61,044 bases of DNA from an uncultured Bacilli bacterium (GCA_947626695.1 CANQTE010000002.1:1-61044); one strand, 5' to 3'. Positions 1-9,883 are shown, counted from the first letter of the stretch. Program-made: numbers and translations. The notes: generated by a model from the sequence alone, not told the origin.

Positions 1-269
1 AGATAAAATTTAATAAAAAAGCAAGTATTTATAATACTTTGCAGTCATTTTTTAACTTACAAGTGACAAACTCGGGTGCCGTTGTTAATGGGAAAGATGT
101 TGGTTTAAATTATATTTTAAGGAATGAAGATGTTATTGAAGTTATTGTAAATGAAAGTAAGTTAAGCCAAGATATAAGTGCTCTTGAGTTTGTTGTAACA
201 GCTTTAGCTAAAAAGAAAATAAGAGATGGAGTTACTAGACTTACAAGAAATAAGTTTAAAAATTCTTGA
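1..269 (+). CDS. 3' part of an unidentified protein, with the frame open to the window edge
   Basis: The frame of the 39..269 ORF has no stop back to nt 3, so the TTG at 39 is probably internal. It ends at TGA 267-269. No recognisable motif. Confidence 0.35.
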   Translation, partial: IKFNKKASIYNTLQSFFNLQVTNSGAVVNGKDVGLNYILRNEDVIEVIVNESKLSQDISALEFVVTALAKKKIRDGVTRLTRNKFKNS

Positions 270-318
270 AAATATATAAGAATTAAAGTATAATTAAGAG
301 TAAGAATAGGTGGGGACT

Positions 319-1563
319 ATGAGGAAGATTATAGCTAGTTTAGATATAGGAAGCTCTGGTGTTAAACTAATCGTGGGAGAATTTATTAAAAATTCTTTAA
401 ATGTTCTTTGTGCATCAGAAGTTCAAAGTAAAGGAATAAAAAAAGGTTTAATTAGTAGCATTAATGATTTAATACCAGTATTAAAAGAAGTATTTCATAA
501 GTCAGAAGAAATGCTTGGCTTACCCATTAAAGAAGTAGTTTTAGCAGTTCCAGCTTATTATACTGAGGTAGTATCAAGTGTTGGGTCTAGTACTATTACA
601 AATGAAGATAAAGTCATTGGACATCAAGATTTAATTAGAGCTATGCAGGGAGCAAGTTATAATAAAATAGATGAAAGTTTAGATTTAATTAGTATTATTC
701 CAACAAGATATAAAATTAATGATGATGAAATAGTTAAAAATCCTATTAATATGATAGGTAATAAATTAACAGTTAAAGCAGTATTAATAACTGTTCCTAA
801 AGCAAATATTAATCCTTTTATAAGTGCTCTTGAAAAAATAGGAGTAAAAGTATTAGATGTTGTAACTACTTCTTTAGGAGATTTTGAAGCAAATAGAAAT
901 AAAGAAATGCTTGGTACTTTAGGGGCAGTTATAAATATTGGAGGAGAGACAACAACAGTATCTATATTTAATAAAGGAATATTAATGAAATCAGAAGTTA
1001 TTGAACTTGGTGGGACATCTATTGATAATGATATTGCTTATATTTATAAAATAACTAAAAAAGATGCGAGAGATTTAAAAATAAATCTTGGACTTGCTAC
1101 ACCAGATATGGCTAATGCTAATGAAAGAGTAAGTATTACAGACCGTCTTGGAGATACAATAGTTATTAATCAAAAAGATTTAAGTGAGATAATAGAAAGT
1201 AGATTAGAAGAAATATTAGAATTATCTAAAAAGCAAATAAATTTATTAACTAAGAAAAATATAGATTATGTAGTTGTAACTGGTGGAACAACAGAATTAG
1301 GAGATTTTAATATTTTGCTAGATAAAGTCTTTACTAAATCGCATATTCTTGGTAAAATAGATATTGTAGGTGTTAGAAATAATAAATTTAGTACTAGCAT
1401 TGGGACCATTAAATATTATAATGGCAGATTAAAATTAAAAAATAAAGAATATTCAGTTTTTAATTTAGATGAATTAGAAGTATTAAGTGGTAATCATAAA
1501 AAGATTAATATAAATGAAAATTCAATATTAGGAAAGTTGTTTGGATATTTTTTTGATAATTAA
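319..1563 (+). CDS. ftsA: cell division protein FtsA
   Basis: Actin-fold N-terminus [17 protein letters not shown], then [10 protein letters not shown] and [12 protein letters not shown]. It lies directly upstream of ftsZ. ATG 319 follows GGTGGGG; the track start at GTG 310 is also possible. Confidence 0.9.
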   Translation: MRKIIASLDIGSSGVKLIVGEFIKNSLNVLCASEVQSKGIKKGLISSINDLIPVLKEVFHKSEEMLGLPIKEVVLAVPAYYTEVVSSVGSSTITNEDKVIGHQDLIRAMQGASYNKIDESLDLISIIPTRYKINDDEIVKNPINMIGNKLTVKAVLITVPKANINPFISALEKIGVKVLDVVTTSLGDFEANRNKEMLGTLGAVINIGGETTTVSIFNKGILMKSEVIELGGTSIDNDIAYIYKITKKDARDLKINLGLATPDMANANERVSITDRLGDTIVINQKDLSEIIESRLEEILELSKKQINLLTKKNIDYVVVTGGTTELGDFNILLDKVFTKSHILGKIDIVGVRNNKFSTSIGTIKYYNGRLKLKNKEYSVFNLDELEVLSGNHKKININENSILGKLFGYFFDN

Positions 1564-1574
1564 GGAGAGTGCGT

Positions 1575-2651
1575 ATGAACGGGTTACAGATGGACCAAAT
1601 TGCAAAGATTAAAGTTGTAGGCGTTGGTGGAGGCGGAATGAATGCCGTCAATAGAATGATAGAAGAGGGTGTAAAAGGTGTTGAGTTTATTGTCGTCAAT
1701 ACTGATTTACAAGTCCTTAATGCCTCGACGTGTGAAAATAAAGTTCAGATAGGTGCAACTATAACAGATGGTTTAGGTGCAGGGGCTAATCCTGAGATAG
1801 GACGGGCTGCAGCGATAGAGTCTAAAGCAGATTTAGAAGAAATAATTAAAGGCGCTGATATGGTTTTCATTGCCTGTGGTATGGGTGGTGGAACTGGAAC
1901 GGGGGCTGCTCCTGTTATTGCCGAGATAGCTCAAGAGTCTGGTGCTTTAACTGTTGGTATTGTAACTAAGCCATTTAGATTTGAAGGCAAAAAAAGAATG
2001 GAAAATGCTTTATTAGGCCTTGAAGAATTAAAAAAACACGTTGATACGTTAATTGTTATTCCAAACGATAAATTAAGAGATATAATTGATAGAAATACTT
2101 CATTTAAAGATGCATTTAAAGAAGTAGATAATGTTTTACATAGGGGAGTTCAATCTATATCAGATTTAATCGCAGTTACAGGAATTATTAACCTAGATTT
2201 TGCCGATGTTAAGACTGTTATGCAAAAGAGTGGTTCGGCAATAATTGGAATTGGTTGTAATGCTGGTGAAAATAGAGCTATTGAAGCGGCTAGACAAGCT
2301 GTTGCTAATTCCCTTCTTGAAGCTACAATTGAGGGAGCTACAAATGCGATAGTTAATGTAACAGGTGGTTCTAATTTAACTTTATTTGAAATAGAAGATG
2401 CAGTTGAAACAGTTAGAGCAGCTGCGAATAATGATGTTAATATTATCTTTGGTGCTATTCAAAATGATAATTTAACTGATGAAGTAATAGTTACCGTTAT
2501 AGCAACAGGCTTTGAAGACGAAGGACAAGCAGATGAAATGTTATTCTCTGATAGTACTGTAATGCCAAGAAGAAGAAATCCTGAGCCAACACCAACTGTA
2601 GATAATGAATATGATATACCACCATTTTTAAGAAATAAAGAGAGATTTTAA
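1575..2651 (+). CDS. ftsZ: cell division GTPase FtsZ
   Basis: [16 protein letters not shown] and the tubulin signature [23 protein letters not shown] sits 6 nt before ATG 1575. Confidence 0.97.
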   Translation: MNGLQMDQIAKIKVVGVGGGGMNAVNRMIEEGVKGVEFIVVNTDLQVLNASTCENKVQIGATITDGLGAGANPEIGRAAAIESKADLEEIIKGADMVFIACGMGGGTGTGAAPVIAEIAQESGALTVGIVTKPFRFEGKKRMENALLGLEELKKHVDTLIVIPNDKLRDIIDRNTSFKDAFKEVDNVLHRGVQSISDLIAVTGIINLDFADVKTVMQKSGSAIIGIGCNAGENRAIEAARQAVANSLLEATIEGATNAIVNVTGGSNLTLFEIEDAVETVRAAANNDVNIIFGAIQNDNLTDEVIVTVIATGFEDEGQADEMLFSDSTVMPRRRNPEPTPTVDNEYDIPPFLRNKERF

Positions 2652-2653
2652 AG

Positions 2654-2675
2654 AGCTAAATAATTAGCTTTTTTT
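2654..2675 (+). terminator. rho-independent terminator after ftsZ
   Basis: Hairpin AGCTAA-ATAA-TTAGCT followed by TTTTTT. Confidence 0.7.
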
Positions 2676-2694
2676 CTAGTAAAGGAGAGTTTTT

Positions 2695-3837
2695 ATGAAT
2701 GTCTTAGTAATTCCTGCTTGGTATCCGAGTGGCAAAGATAAACTAATGGGAATTTATCATAAAGAATTTTGTCAAGCTTTAGGTAATATAAAAAATATTA
2801 AGGTTGATATGTTATTTGTTGATAGACAAAGAATTAAAGCACCAATTAAATATTTATTTATGAAGAAAAAAGAAATAATTAAAGAAAAAAATTATAATGT
2901 TTATATAACTAAAATGCTTGATTTAGATAAAATAAGTAGAACTTTAAGTACCAAAAATTATGTTAAAAAATTAGAAAAAATTTATTTAGATTATATTAAA
3001 ACTAATAATAAACCAGATATTATTCATGCTGAGGAAATATTTCCTTCTGGCTATGCCGCGTGTGTTTTAGGAAAAAAATATCATATTCCTGTTGTAGTTA
3101 CAGAACATGCGACATATTTTGAAAGATTTTTTAAAGGAGAATATAAAGAATATGGAAATTTTGTCTTAAATAATGCTTATATTACAACAGTAAGTAAATT
3201 TATGTTAGATAAAATACCCCTTAGTAATGATAAAAAAAGTGTTCTACCTAATTTAGTTGATACTGAAATATTTAAAAAGAAAAGAAATAAAATTAAAGGA
3301 CTTAGAATAGTTAGAGCAACTGCTTTAAGAGAAGGTAAAAGAATAGACGATTTATTTAAAGCTGTAAAAATATTAATAGATAATAATATTAAAGATGTTC
3401 ATATTACTATTATTGGTGATGGTTTTTTAGAAAAATATTATAAAGATAAATGTCATGAACTTGGTATGGATGATTATGTTGATTTTATAGGAAGAAAAAC
3501 AAAGGAAGAAATCGCCGAGATTTTAAATAAAAATAATATGACTGTTATTACTTCAGATATGGAAACTTTTTGTATTCCTGTAATTGAAGCTTTAGCAAGT
3601 GGTATGCCTGTTGTATCTACCAAATGTTTAGGACCAGAAGAGTATCTTGACGAAAAATGTGGAAAATTAGTAGAATTTGGTAATATTGAAAAGTTAGCTC
3701 AGGCAATTAAAGAAGTATATGATAATATAGATAATTATGATATTAATTATCTAAGAAGTGTTGCAGATAGATATTCTTCTAAAAATATTACAGATATGGC
3801 TCTTAAAATTTATAAAGAAATATTGTCAAAAAAATAG
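2695..3837 (+). CDS. glycosyltransferase, GT4 / group-1 family
   Basis: C-terminal Glycos_transf_1-type motif ETFCIPVIEALASGMPVVST, with a length and layout typical of GT4 enzymes. Confidence 0.75.
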   Translation: MNVLVIPAWYPSGKDKLMGIYHKEFCQALGNIKNIKVDMLFVDRQRIKAPIKYLFMKKKEIIKEKNYNVYITKMLDLDKISRTLSTKNYVKKLEKIYLDYIKTNNKPDIIHAEEIFPSGYAACVLGKKYHIPVVVTEHATYFERFFKGEYKEYGNFVLNNAYITTVSKFMLDKIPLSNDKKSVLPNLVDTEIFKKKRNKIKGLRIVRATALREGKRIDDLFKAVKILIDNNIKDVHITIIGDGFLEKYYKDKCHELGMDDYVDFIGRKTKEEIAEILNKNNMTVITSDMETFCIPVIEALASGMPVVSTKCLGPEEYLDEKCGKLVEFGNIEKLAQAIKEVYDNIDNYDINYLRSVADRYSSKNITDMALKIYKEILSKK

Positions 3838-3868
3838 AGCTTTGATATAATTTGGATGGTGATTAAAA

Positions 3869-4999
3869 TTGATATATTTAGATTATAGTGCGACAACACC
3901 AGTTGGTTTTGAAGTATTAGATACATATAATAAGACTAGTAAAGATTTTTTTGGTAATCCTAATTCTTTGCATAGTTTAGGAGTTAAAACTAAAAATTTA
4001 ATGAATAGTGCAACAAAACAAATAGCCGAGATATTTAATATAATGGAAAGTGAAATAATTTATACTTGTGGAGCAACTGAGGCTAATAACATTGCTTTAA
4101 TTGGGGCAGCACTTTTTTATCATAATAAAGGAAAACATATTATTACATCTAAGCTTGAACACCCAAGTGTATATGCAATATGTGATTATTTAGAAAGTCT
4201 TGGATTTGAAATAAGTTATGTTAATAATGATAAAGAAGGGTTAGTAGATTTTGAAGATTTAAAAAATTTAATAAGACCTGATACGATTTTAGTAAGTATT
4301 TGTGCTGTTAATAGTGAAGTAGGTATTAGACAACCTTTAAAAATGATTAGACAAATAATAAAGAAAGAAAATAATGATACTATATTACATAGTGATATGA
4401 CTCAAGCAGTAGGAAAAGTAAGTGTTAATTTTCATGATGTAGATATGGCTACTTTTACAGGTCATAAAATATATGGTCCTAAAGGAATAGGAGTTTTATA
4501 TAAAAGTAATAGTGTTAATTTAAAGCCAATTTTATATGGTTCAGGTAAAACTAATATGCTTAATCCTGGAACACCAGCAGTTCCTTTAATTGTCGCATTA
4601 TCTAAAGCTGTGAGACTTTCAACAACAGATATAGAGAAAAGAGAAAGATTTATTGAAAGACTTAATAATCGGTTAGTTGATGCGTTAAGTAAGTATGAAG
4701 GAGTATTAATAAATAAAACTAAATATTCTATTCCTCATATTTTAAATATTAGTTTAAGAAATATTAAAAGTGAAACTTTTTTACATGCTCTAGAAGAGTA
4801 TGAAGTATATGTTAGTTCTAATACAGCTTGTTCTAGTGGTAATTTATCTTTAAGTGTTTTAGCTATATATGATGATAGAGTTAGAGCATCTTCTACGATA
4901 AGAATTAGTCTATCACATTTAACTACGACTGATGAAGTTAATAAATTTATAGAATATTTTGATATTATATATAAAAAATTAAGTGGGTTACATAGATAA
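3869..4999 (+). CDS. cysteine desulfurase (NifS/IscS/NifZ-like, class V aminotransferase)
   Basis: IYLDYSATTP N-terminus, PLP-lysine region TFTGHKIYGPKGIGVLY, and active-site loop SSNTACSSG. It is adjacent to thiI, as in Firmicute nifZ-thiI pairs. Confidence 0.88.
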   Translation: MIYLDYSATTPVGFEVLDTYNKTSKDFFGNPNSLHSLGVKTKNLMNSATKQIAEIFNIMESEIIYTCGATEANNIALIGAALFYHNKGKHIITSKLEHPSVYAICDYLESLGFEISYVNNDKEGLVDFEDLKNLIRPDTILVSICAVNSEVGIRQPLKMIRQIIKKENNDTILHSDMTQAVGKVSVNFHDVDMATFTGHKIYGPKGIGVLYKSNSVNLKPILYGSGKTNMLNPGTPAVPLIVALSKAVRLSTTDIEKRERFIERLNNRLVDALSKYEGVLINKTKYSIPHILNISLRNIKSETFLHALEEYEVYVSSNTACSSGNLSLSVLAIYDDRVRASSTIRISLSHLTTTDEVNKFIEYFDIIYKKLSGLHR

Positions 5000-5029
5000 A
5001 TAGTAAGAGAAAATCTTGCTTTTTTAAGT

Positions 5030-5071
5030 ATAATTTTTCTTAAAATTGATATAATTTTTCTTAAAATTGAT
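5030..5071. repeat. perfect 21-nt tandem duplication (ATAATTTTTCTTAAAATTGAT x2) in the thiI upstream region
   Basis: 5030-5050 and 5051-5071 are identical. Each unit carries TTGAT and TATAAT-like hexamers. Confidence 0.9.
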
Positions 5072-5121
5072 AAACTATTTACATAATAAATGGTTTTTAG
5101 TATAATATTTTTGTGATTTAT

Positions 5122-6306
5122 ATGGAAAAAGTTATATTAATTAAATATGGAGAATTATCTACTAAAAAAGATAATATTAATTTCTTTTTAAGTAAATTAA
5201 AGCAAAATTTATTATATGCTCTAAAAGATTTAGATGTAGATATTACTTATGATTTAGGAAGAATGTTTATCCATACTAAAAACTTTGATGAAGTAATAGA
5301 TAAAGTTGTGAATGTTTTTGGTATTCATGAAATTAATATTTGTTATATAATAGATAGTATAGATGTAACTTGTGTTTCTTTAGAGGTAATAAATTTACTT
5401 AAAAATAAAGATTTTAAAACATTTAAAGTAGAAACAAAAAGAAGTAATAAAAAAATAGAAGATACAAGTGTAAATTTAAGTAAAAAGATGGGAGCTTTAA
5501 TATTAAAAAATATTCCTGAGAAAAGCGTACAAGTAAATAATCCTGATATACTTGTAAATGTAGAATATAGGAAAGATAACAGTTTAGTTTATTTTGATAA
5601 AATTAAAGGGCTTGGAGGTTATCCGGTAGGAACACTTGGAAAAGGGTTATTAATGTTAAGTGGAGGAATAGATTCTCCTGTTGCCGGATTTTTAACTATT
5701 AAAAGAGGAGTTAAGTTAGAAGCTATTTATTTTGAAAGTCCTCCTCATACAAGTATGGAAGCTAAAGAAAAAGTTATTAAACTGGCTAGAATACTTGCTA
5801 AATATAATGGGGGAGTTATTTTACATATTATTAATTTTACAGAAATTCAAGAAGAAATATATAAAAATATTCCCCATGAGTATTTAATAACAATTATGAG
5901 ACGAATGATGTATAGAATAAGTGCTATTATTGCGAGCAGGAAAAATGCCAAAATTCTCGTAAATGGAGAGTCAATAGGGCAAGTTGCAAGTCAGACTTTA
6001 ACTAGCATGTCTGCGATTAATGAAGTAGTTAAAATACCTGTTATAAGGCCTCTTGCGTGCTTTGATAAATTAGATATTATAGATATAGCAAATAAAATTA
6101 AAACATATGAGACAAGTATTTTACCATATGAAGATTGTTGTACTATCTTTGTTCCTAAACACCCCGTTATTAATCCTGATAAAGAAAAATGTTTAGAATA
6201 TGAAAAATTAATTAATTATGAAGATATGATATATAGAGCTGTTAAAACTCATGAAGTATTAAAAATAGAAGAGAAAGAAGAAAATATATATGAAGATTTA
6301 TTATAG
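5122..6306 (+). CDS. thiI: tRNA 4-thiouridine(8) synthase ThiI
   Basis: MEKVILIKYGELSTK THUMP-type N-terminus and PP-loop SGGIDSPVA. The neighbouring gene is a cysteine desulfurase. Confidence 0.92.
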   Translation: MEKVILIKYGELSTKKDNINFFLSKLKQNLLYALKDLDVDITYDLGRMFIHTKNFDEVIDKVVNVFGIHEINICYIIDSIDVTCVSLEVINLLKNKDFKTFKVETKRSNKKIEDTSVNLSKKMGALILKNIPEKSVQVNNPDILVNVEYRKDNSLVYFDKIKGLGGYPVGTLGKGLLMLSGGIDSPVAGFLTIKRGVKLEAIYFESPPHTSMEAKEKVIKLARILAKYNGGVILHIINFTEIQEEIYKNIPHEYLITIMRRMMYRISAIIASRKNAKILVNGESIGQVASQTLTSMSAINEVVKIPVIRPLACFDKLDIIDIANKIKTYETSILPYEDCCTIFVPKHPVINPDKEKCLEYEKLINYEDMIYRAVKTHEVLKIEEKEENIYEDLL

Positions 6307-7743
6307 TTTAACAAAATTAATATATTTCTTATAATCTTTTATTAATTCTGTTACAAATGGAGATATATTTTTCTTGTTTATATATAAATAACAATTATTT
6401 TTAGTTCTAGTTATAGCAACATAAAATAATCTTCTTTCTTCTTCGTATGGATATATATCTTTATATACTAAACAATAATTTAGTATTTTTTCATTTTTTA
6501 TTTTAGAGGGAAGAGAGTTTGTATCATTAGTTAAATTAATAATTAAAATATTATCTTCTTCTAATCCTTTAGATTTATGAATAGTTTTATAATAGATATT
6601 ATAATTATAATATTTAATGTAATTATTAGTAATTAAATTAGGGTAACAGACATTATAGATATCTAAATTATTACGACCAAGTACCATAAGATTTTCACTA
6701 TTAATATAAGATAAAGCTTTTAAAAAGTCTTTTTTTTCATCTTTATAATAAAGAATAGTTATAGGTTTTGCTATTCTTTTAGATGAAGTTAAATTCTTTT
6801 TTATTTGCCTTGGATTTTGCATAACAAAAGAACCGGCAACATTTATTAATTCTAAACTATTTCTATAAGTACTTGTAAGATATAGTTTTTTAACAGGTTT
6901 AAAATTATTAGGGAAGTCTAAAAAGTTATTTAAATCACAGCCTGAGAAGCGATAAATAGACTGGAAATCATCACCTACAACTGTTATATAAGCATGAGTT
7001 TTATTAATTATTTCTTTAACAAGATTTTCTCGAACTCTGGAGGTATCTTGATATTCATCAATAATTATATATTTATAATTCTTTTTAATACCTTTAGTTT
7101 TAACTAAATTAGTTGCTTTATAAATCATATCATCAAAATCTATTAGGCCTTGAGATTCTTTTTCTAACTTATATATTTCATAAATTTTTTTAATAATTAA
7201 TAAATAGGGAATATCTTTAGATTTAGCATTACTAATCATTTTATCAAATTCTTTTGCATTATAATAAGTAGATATATATAATCTAATAAAACGAATGATA
7301 GTTTTTTTATAATTTTTAAATTCATTAGAGGTTGCAACATTTTTAGTAAAGAATAATTTCTTAAAATAACTTAAATCAGTTATAGAAGAAAATATTTCTT
7401 CAACTAAATAATCAAGTAAATCATCTTCAGCGATATTAAATTTTATATGATGAGATTTAATTATTTCTAAAGCTAGTTTATGAAAAGTATATACTTTATT
7501 ATCTAAATTTAATTCTTTTTTTATTTTTGCTTCTAAACTTAAGGCGGCATCATTAGTAAAAGTAATACATAATATTTCTTCTAATTTAATATGTTTATAC
7601 ATTACTAAATATTTAATTTTACCAACCATAGTTAAACTTTTACCAGAGCCTGCTCCTGCGATTATCATAGTATTTTCATCATTTGTTATGGCCGCATCTC
7701 TTTGTTCTTCATCAAGGGTATTATTTAGTACGTCTATTTTCAT
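6301..7743 (-). CDS. UvrD/Rep-family superfamily-1 DNA helicase (short, 480 aa)
   Basis: Walker A AGAGSGKSLT, then DEYQDTS, VVGDDFQSIYRFSG, TSTYRNS, TIHKSKGLEEDNILI and YVAITRTK. AAGGAG precedes ATG at 7743; the longer track ORF runs into the promoter. Confidence 0.85.
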   Translation of the reverse strand: MKIDVLNNTLDEEQRDAAITNDENTMIIAGAGSGKSLTMVGKIKYLVMYKHIKLEEILCITFTNDAALSLEAKIKKELNLDNKVYTFHKLALEIIKSHHIKFNIAEDDLLDYLVEEIFSSITDLSYFKKLFFTKNVATSNEFKNYKKTIIRFIRLYISTYYNAKEFDKMISNAKSKDIPYLLIIKKIYEIYKLEKESQGLIDFDDMIYKATNLVKTKGIKKNYKYIIIDEYQDTSRVRENLVKEIINKTHAYITVVGDDFQSIYRFSGCDLNNFLDFPNNFKPVKKLYLTSTYRNSLELINVAGSFVMQNPRQIKKNLTSSKRIAKPITILYYKDEKKDFLKALSYINSENLMVLGRNNLDIYNVCYPNLITNNYIKYYNYNIYYKTIHKSKGLEEDNILIINLTNDTNSLPSKIKNEKILNYCLVYKDIYPYEEERRLFYVAITRTKNNCYLYINKKNISPFVTELIKDYKKYINFVKL

Positions 7744-7897
7744 GTTAGTCTCCTTTTCTTGTAATTTTATTTTACAACAAACTCTTAAAAAAAGGCAAGA
7801 AAAACAGTTCGACAAAATTTGCAAGAAGATTATCACAAAAATAAGTTGCAAAATTAAAGAAAATAAATTACAATATTAATATTGAGGGTGATATCTT

Positions 7898-8752
7898 TTG
7901 AAAAGAATTATAAGAATTGGTATTTTAATATTATTTACTTTTTGTTTAACTAGTTGTTTTAAAAGTACAGAGTTAAGTAATGATAATGTATATACAACAA
8001 TATATCCCATAGAATATTTAACAAAATATTTATATGGTGATGAAAAAGATGTTTATAGTATATATCCTAATGGGGCAGATGTATCTACATATAAATTAAC
8101 TAATAAACAGAAAAGTACATATAAAAGAGGCTCTTTATTTGTTTATAATGGTCTTACTAATGAAAAGGAACTGGCAAGAGAGTTTTTAAATGAAAATGAA
8201 AAGTTATTATTAATAGATGTATCTTATGGCTTAAATTATGAATATGATATTGAAGAATTATGGCTTAGTCCTAATAATTATTTAATGCTTGCTAAAAATA
8301 TTAAAAATAATTTAATAGATTATACAAATAGTAAATTAGTAATAGATAAAATAAATGAAAATTATAAAAATTTAGAAGAAACATTATCTTATATGGACGC
8401 GGATTTAAGAAATATTGCGAATATGGCTAGTAAAGATGGTAATACTACTTTAGTAGTGTCTTCTAATAAGCTTAAATTTTTAGAAAAATATGGGTTTAAT
8501 GTTGTTGTTTTAGATAATGATACTACTACGATTAAGAGTAATTTTAAGAGTGAAAAATATAAAGATATATATTTATGTAGTAGTGATACCAAAACTGATT
8601 TAATCGCGGATTTAGAAAGTGAATATGATGCCAATGTTATAAGAGTTAATATGCTTTATACTTTAAGTGAAGAAGAAAGTAGTTCTAATGAGACATATTT
8701 AACTATTATGCAGGATTTAATAGATAATATTAGAAATACCGCGTTAAGTTAA
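7898..8752 (+). CDS. lipoprotein with a ZnuA/TroA-like solute-binding fold (degenerate metal site)
   Basis: Lipobox FCLTSC. YTTIYPIEYLTKYLYGD...LFVYNGL...ELWLSPNNYL resembles cluster-9 metal SBPs, but the usual His ligands are absent. Confidence 0.55.
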   Translation: MKRIIRIGILILFTFCLTSCFKSTELSNDNVYTTIYPIEYLTKYLYGDEKDVYSIYPNGADVSTYKLTNKQKSTYKRGSLFVYNGLTNEKELAREFLNENEKLLLIDVSYGLNYEYDIEELWLSPNNYLMLAKNIKNNLIDYTNSKLVIDKINENYKNLEETLSYMDADLRNIANMASKDGNTTLVVSSNKLKFLEKYGFNVVVLDNDTTTIKSNFKSEKYKDIYLCSSDTKTDLIADLESEYDANVIRVNMLYTLSEEESSSNETYLTIMQDLIDNIRNTALS

Positions 8753-8769
8753 AAATTAGTAGGTAAAGT

Positions 8770-9675
8770 ATGAAAAAGGGTTTGAAAGTAATAAGTTTAA
8801 TTATTTGCTTATTTTTTCTAAGTGGTTGTATAAATAGTGATATCTATATGAGTATAGATGAGTTTAAAAGTGTTGATTTTAAAATGAGTTCAAGTTTAGA
8901 CATATTAGGTTTTATGGAAAATATGCTAAAAAATGAAGAATTAGCCCAATCTTTTAAAGAGGAAATAGCAAATATAAATTGTAGGAATATTTGTGAGGAA
9001 GAAGATACAAATTGTATAGATTCTTGTGTTAGTAGTGAAGTATTAAAAATAAAAGAAATATCAAAAGAAGATATAAAAAAATATTTAGATAATAATTTTG
9101 GCAGTGATATTTTAAGTGAAGAAAACGAAGATATTGAAATTTATAAAAAAGCAGGATTTAATGTAGATACTAAAAAAGATGAAGAAAATTTTAAAGTAAC
9201 AGTTGACATATCTAAACATTTTAATAATATAGACGAAATTACTACAGATAATGATAAAGAAATTAATATTACAGATTTTCTTAAGGGAAATAGTAAATAT
9301 TTATTTATAAAAAATGCAAATGGTAATTATAAATGTAATTTAAAAGTAGATTCTAAAGGAGAAAATTTAGACTATTTAACTATTGATACATATAGTTTAA
9401 GTAATTTATTTAACTATACTTATAAGGTTACTTTACCTGTAAAGGCTATTAATAATAATGCAAATAAAATATCTAGTGATGGAAAAACACTTAATTGGAC
9501 TTTAGAACCTTTTAAAGAAAATAATATAACATATGAATTTAATTTAAATAATATAAATAAAGAGAAAATAACTAAAAATACTCCTTTAAAAATAATGGCT
9601 TATGCTTTAATTGGAGGAGGAACTTTTATTGGTTTAGTAACAATCATAATTTATTCAACAACTAATAAAAAATAA
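8770..9675 (+). CDS. hypothetical lipoprotein with a C-terminal membrane anchor
   Basis: Lipobox FFLSGC, a Cys-rich acidic ectodomain, and the C-terminal hydrophobic helix MAYALIGGGTFIGLVTIIIY. Confidence 0.6.
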   Translation: MKKGLKVISLIICLFFLSGCINSDIYMSIDEFKSVDFKMSSSLDILGFMENMLKNEELAQSFKEEIANINCRNICEEEDTNCIDSCVSSEVLKIKEISKEDIKKYLDNNFGSDILSEENEDIEIYKKAGFNVDTKKDEENFKVTVDISKHFNNIDEITTDNDKEINITDFLKGNSKYLFIKNANGNYKCNLKVDSKGENLDYLTIDTYSLSNLFNYTYKVTLPVKAINNNANKISSDGKTLNWTLEPFKENNITYEFNLNNINKEKITKNTPLKIMAYALIGGGTFIGLVTIIIYSTTNKK

Positions 9676-9742
9676 ATACTTCATTTAATTAGATAAAATA
9701 GAGTGACATTTTGTAACTTTTAATAATATAAAATTTTAAGGA

Positions 9743-9762
9743 GTAAATAAGGGGTAAAATTA
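9743..9762. repeat. 20-nt repeat GTAAATAAGGGGTAAAATTA, copy 1 (47 nt beyond the tRNA-Thr 3' end)
   Basis: Identical 20-mer at 45999-46018, at the equivalent position beyond tRNA-Asn. Confidence 0.85.
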
Positions 9763-9774
9763 ATCAAATATAAG

Positions 9775-9796
9775 AAAAACCCCGATAAATTCAGGG
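9775..9796 (-). terminator. terminator of tRNA-Thr
   Basis: Minus strand CCCTGA-ATTTA-TCGGGG followed by TTTTT. Confidence 0.6.
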
Positions 9797-9809
9797 CTCA
9801 ATAACAAAA

Positions 9810-9883
9810 TGGTGCTGAATGACTGAATTGAACAGTCCTCTGATGCTTACCATGCATCTGTTTTACCACTAAACTAAATCAGC
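9810..9883 (-). tRNA. tRNA-Thr (anticodon GGU)
   Basis: The reverse complement folds as a cloverleaf: GCTGATT/TA/GTTT-AGTGGTA-AAAC/A/GATGC-ATGGTAA-GCATC/AGAG/GACTG-TTCAATT-CAGTC/ATTCAGC/A-CCA. There is one T-T mismatch in the acceptor stem. Confidence 0.85.

Noticed and set aside
1505-1699. Antisense or overlapping ORFs in the supplied track: 1505-1699, 7688-7879, 8389-8634, 12811-13113, 13138-13377, 18090-18272, 18347-18598, 20247-20468, 22094-22315, 24370-24582, 24542-24775, 27742-27996, 28384-28715, 30562-31098, 31248-31445, 31531-31839, 35146-35343, 38396-38605, 43765-43995, 45603-45842, 48174-48377, 50476-50679, 50899-51150, 51349-51558, 52183-52524, 53646-53849, 54235-54417 and 57281-57538.
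   Set aside because: Each lies inside, and opposite to or out of frame with, a well-supported gene that has recognisable motifs. Their translations are low-complexity or hydrophobic strings typical of shadow ORFs in AT-rich DNA, and they have no SD sequences.
5030-5071. The tandem 21-nt repeat as a CRISPR array or type III antitoxin repeat.
   Set aside because: There are only two units, directly abutting with no spacers and no cas or toxin genes nearby.
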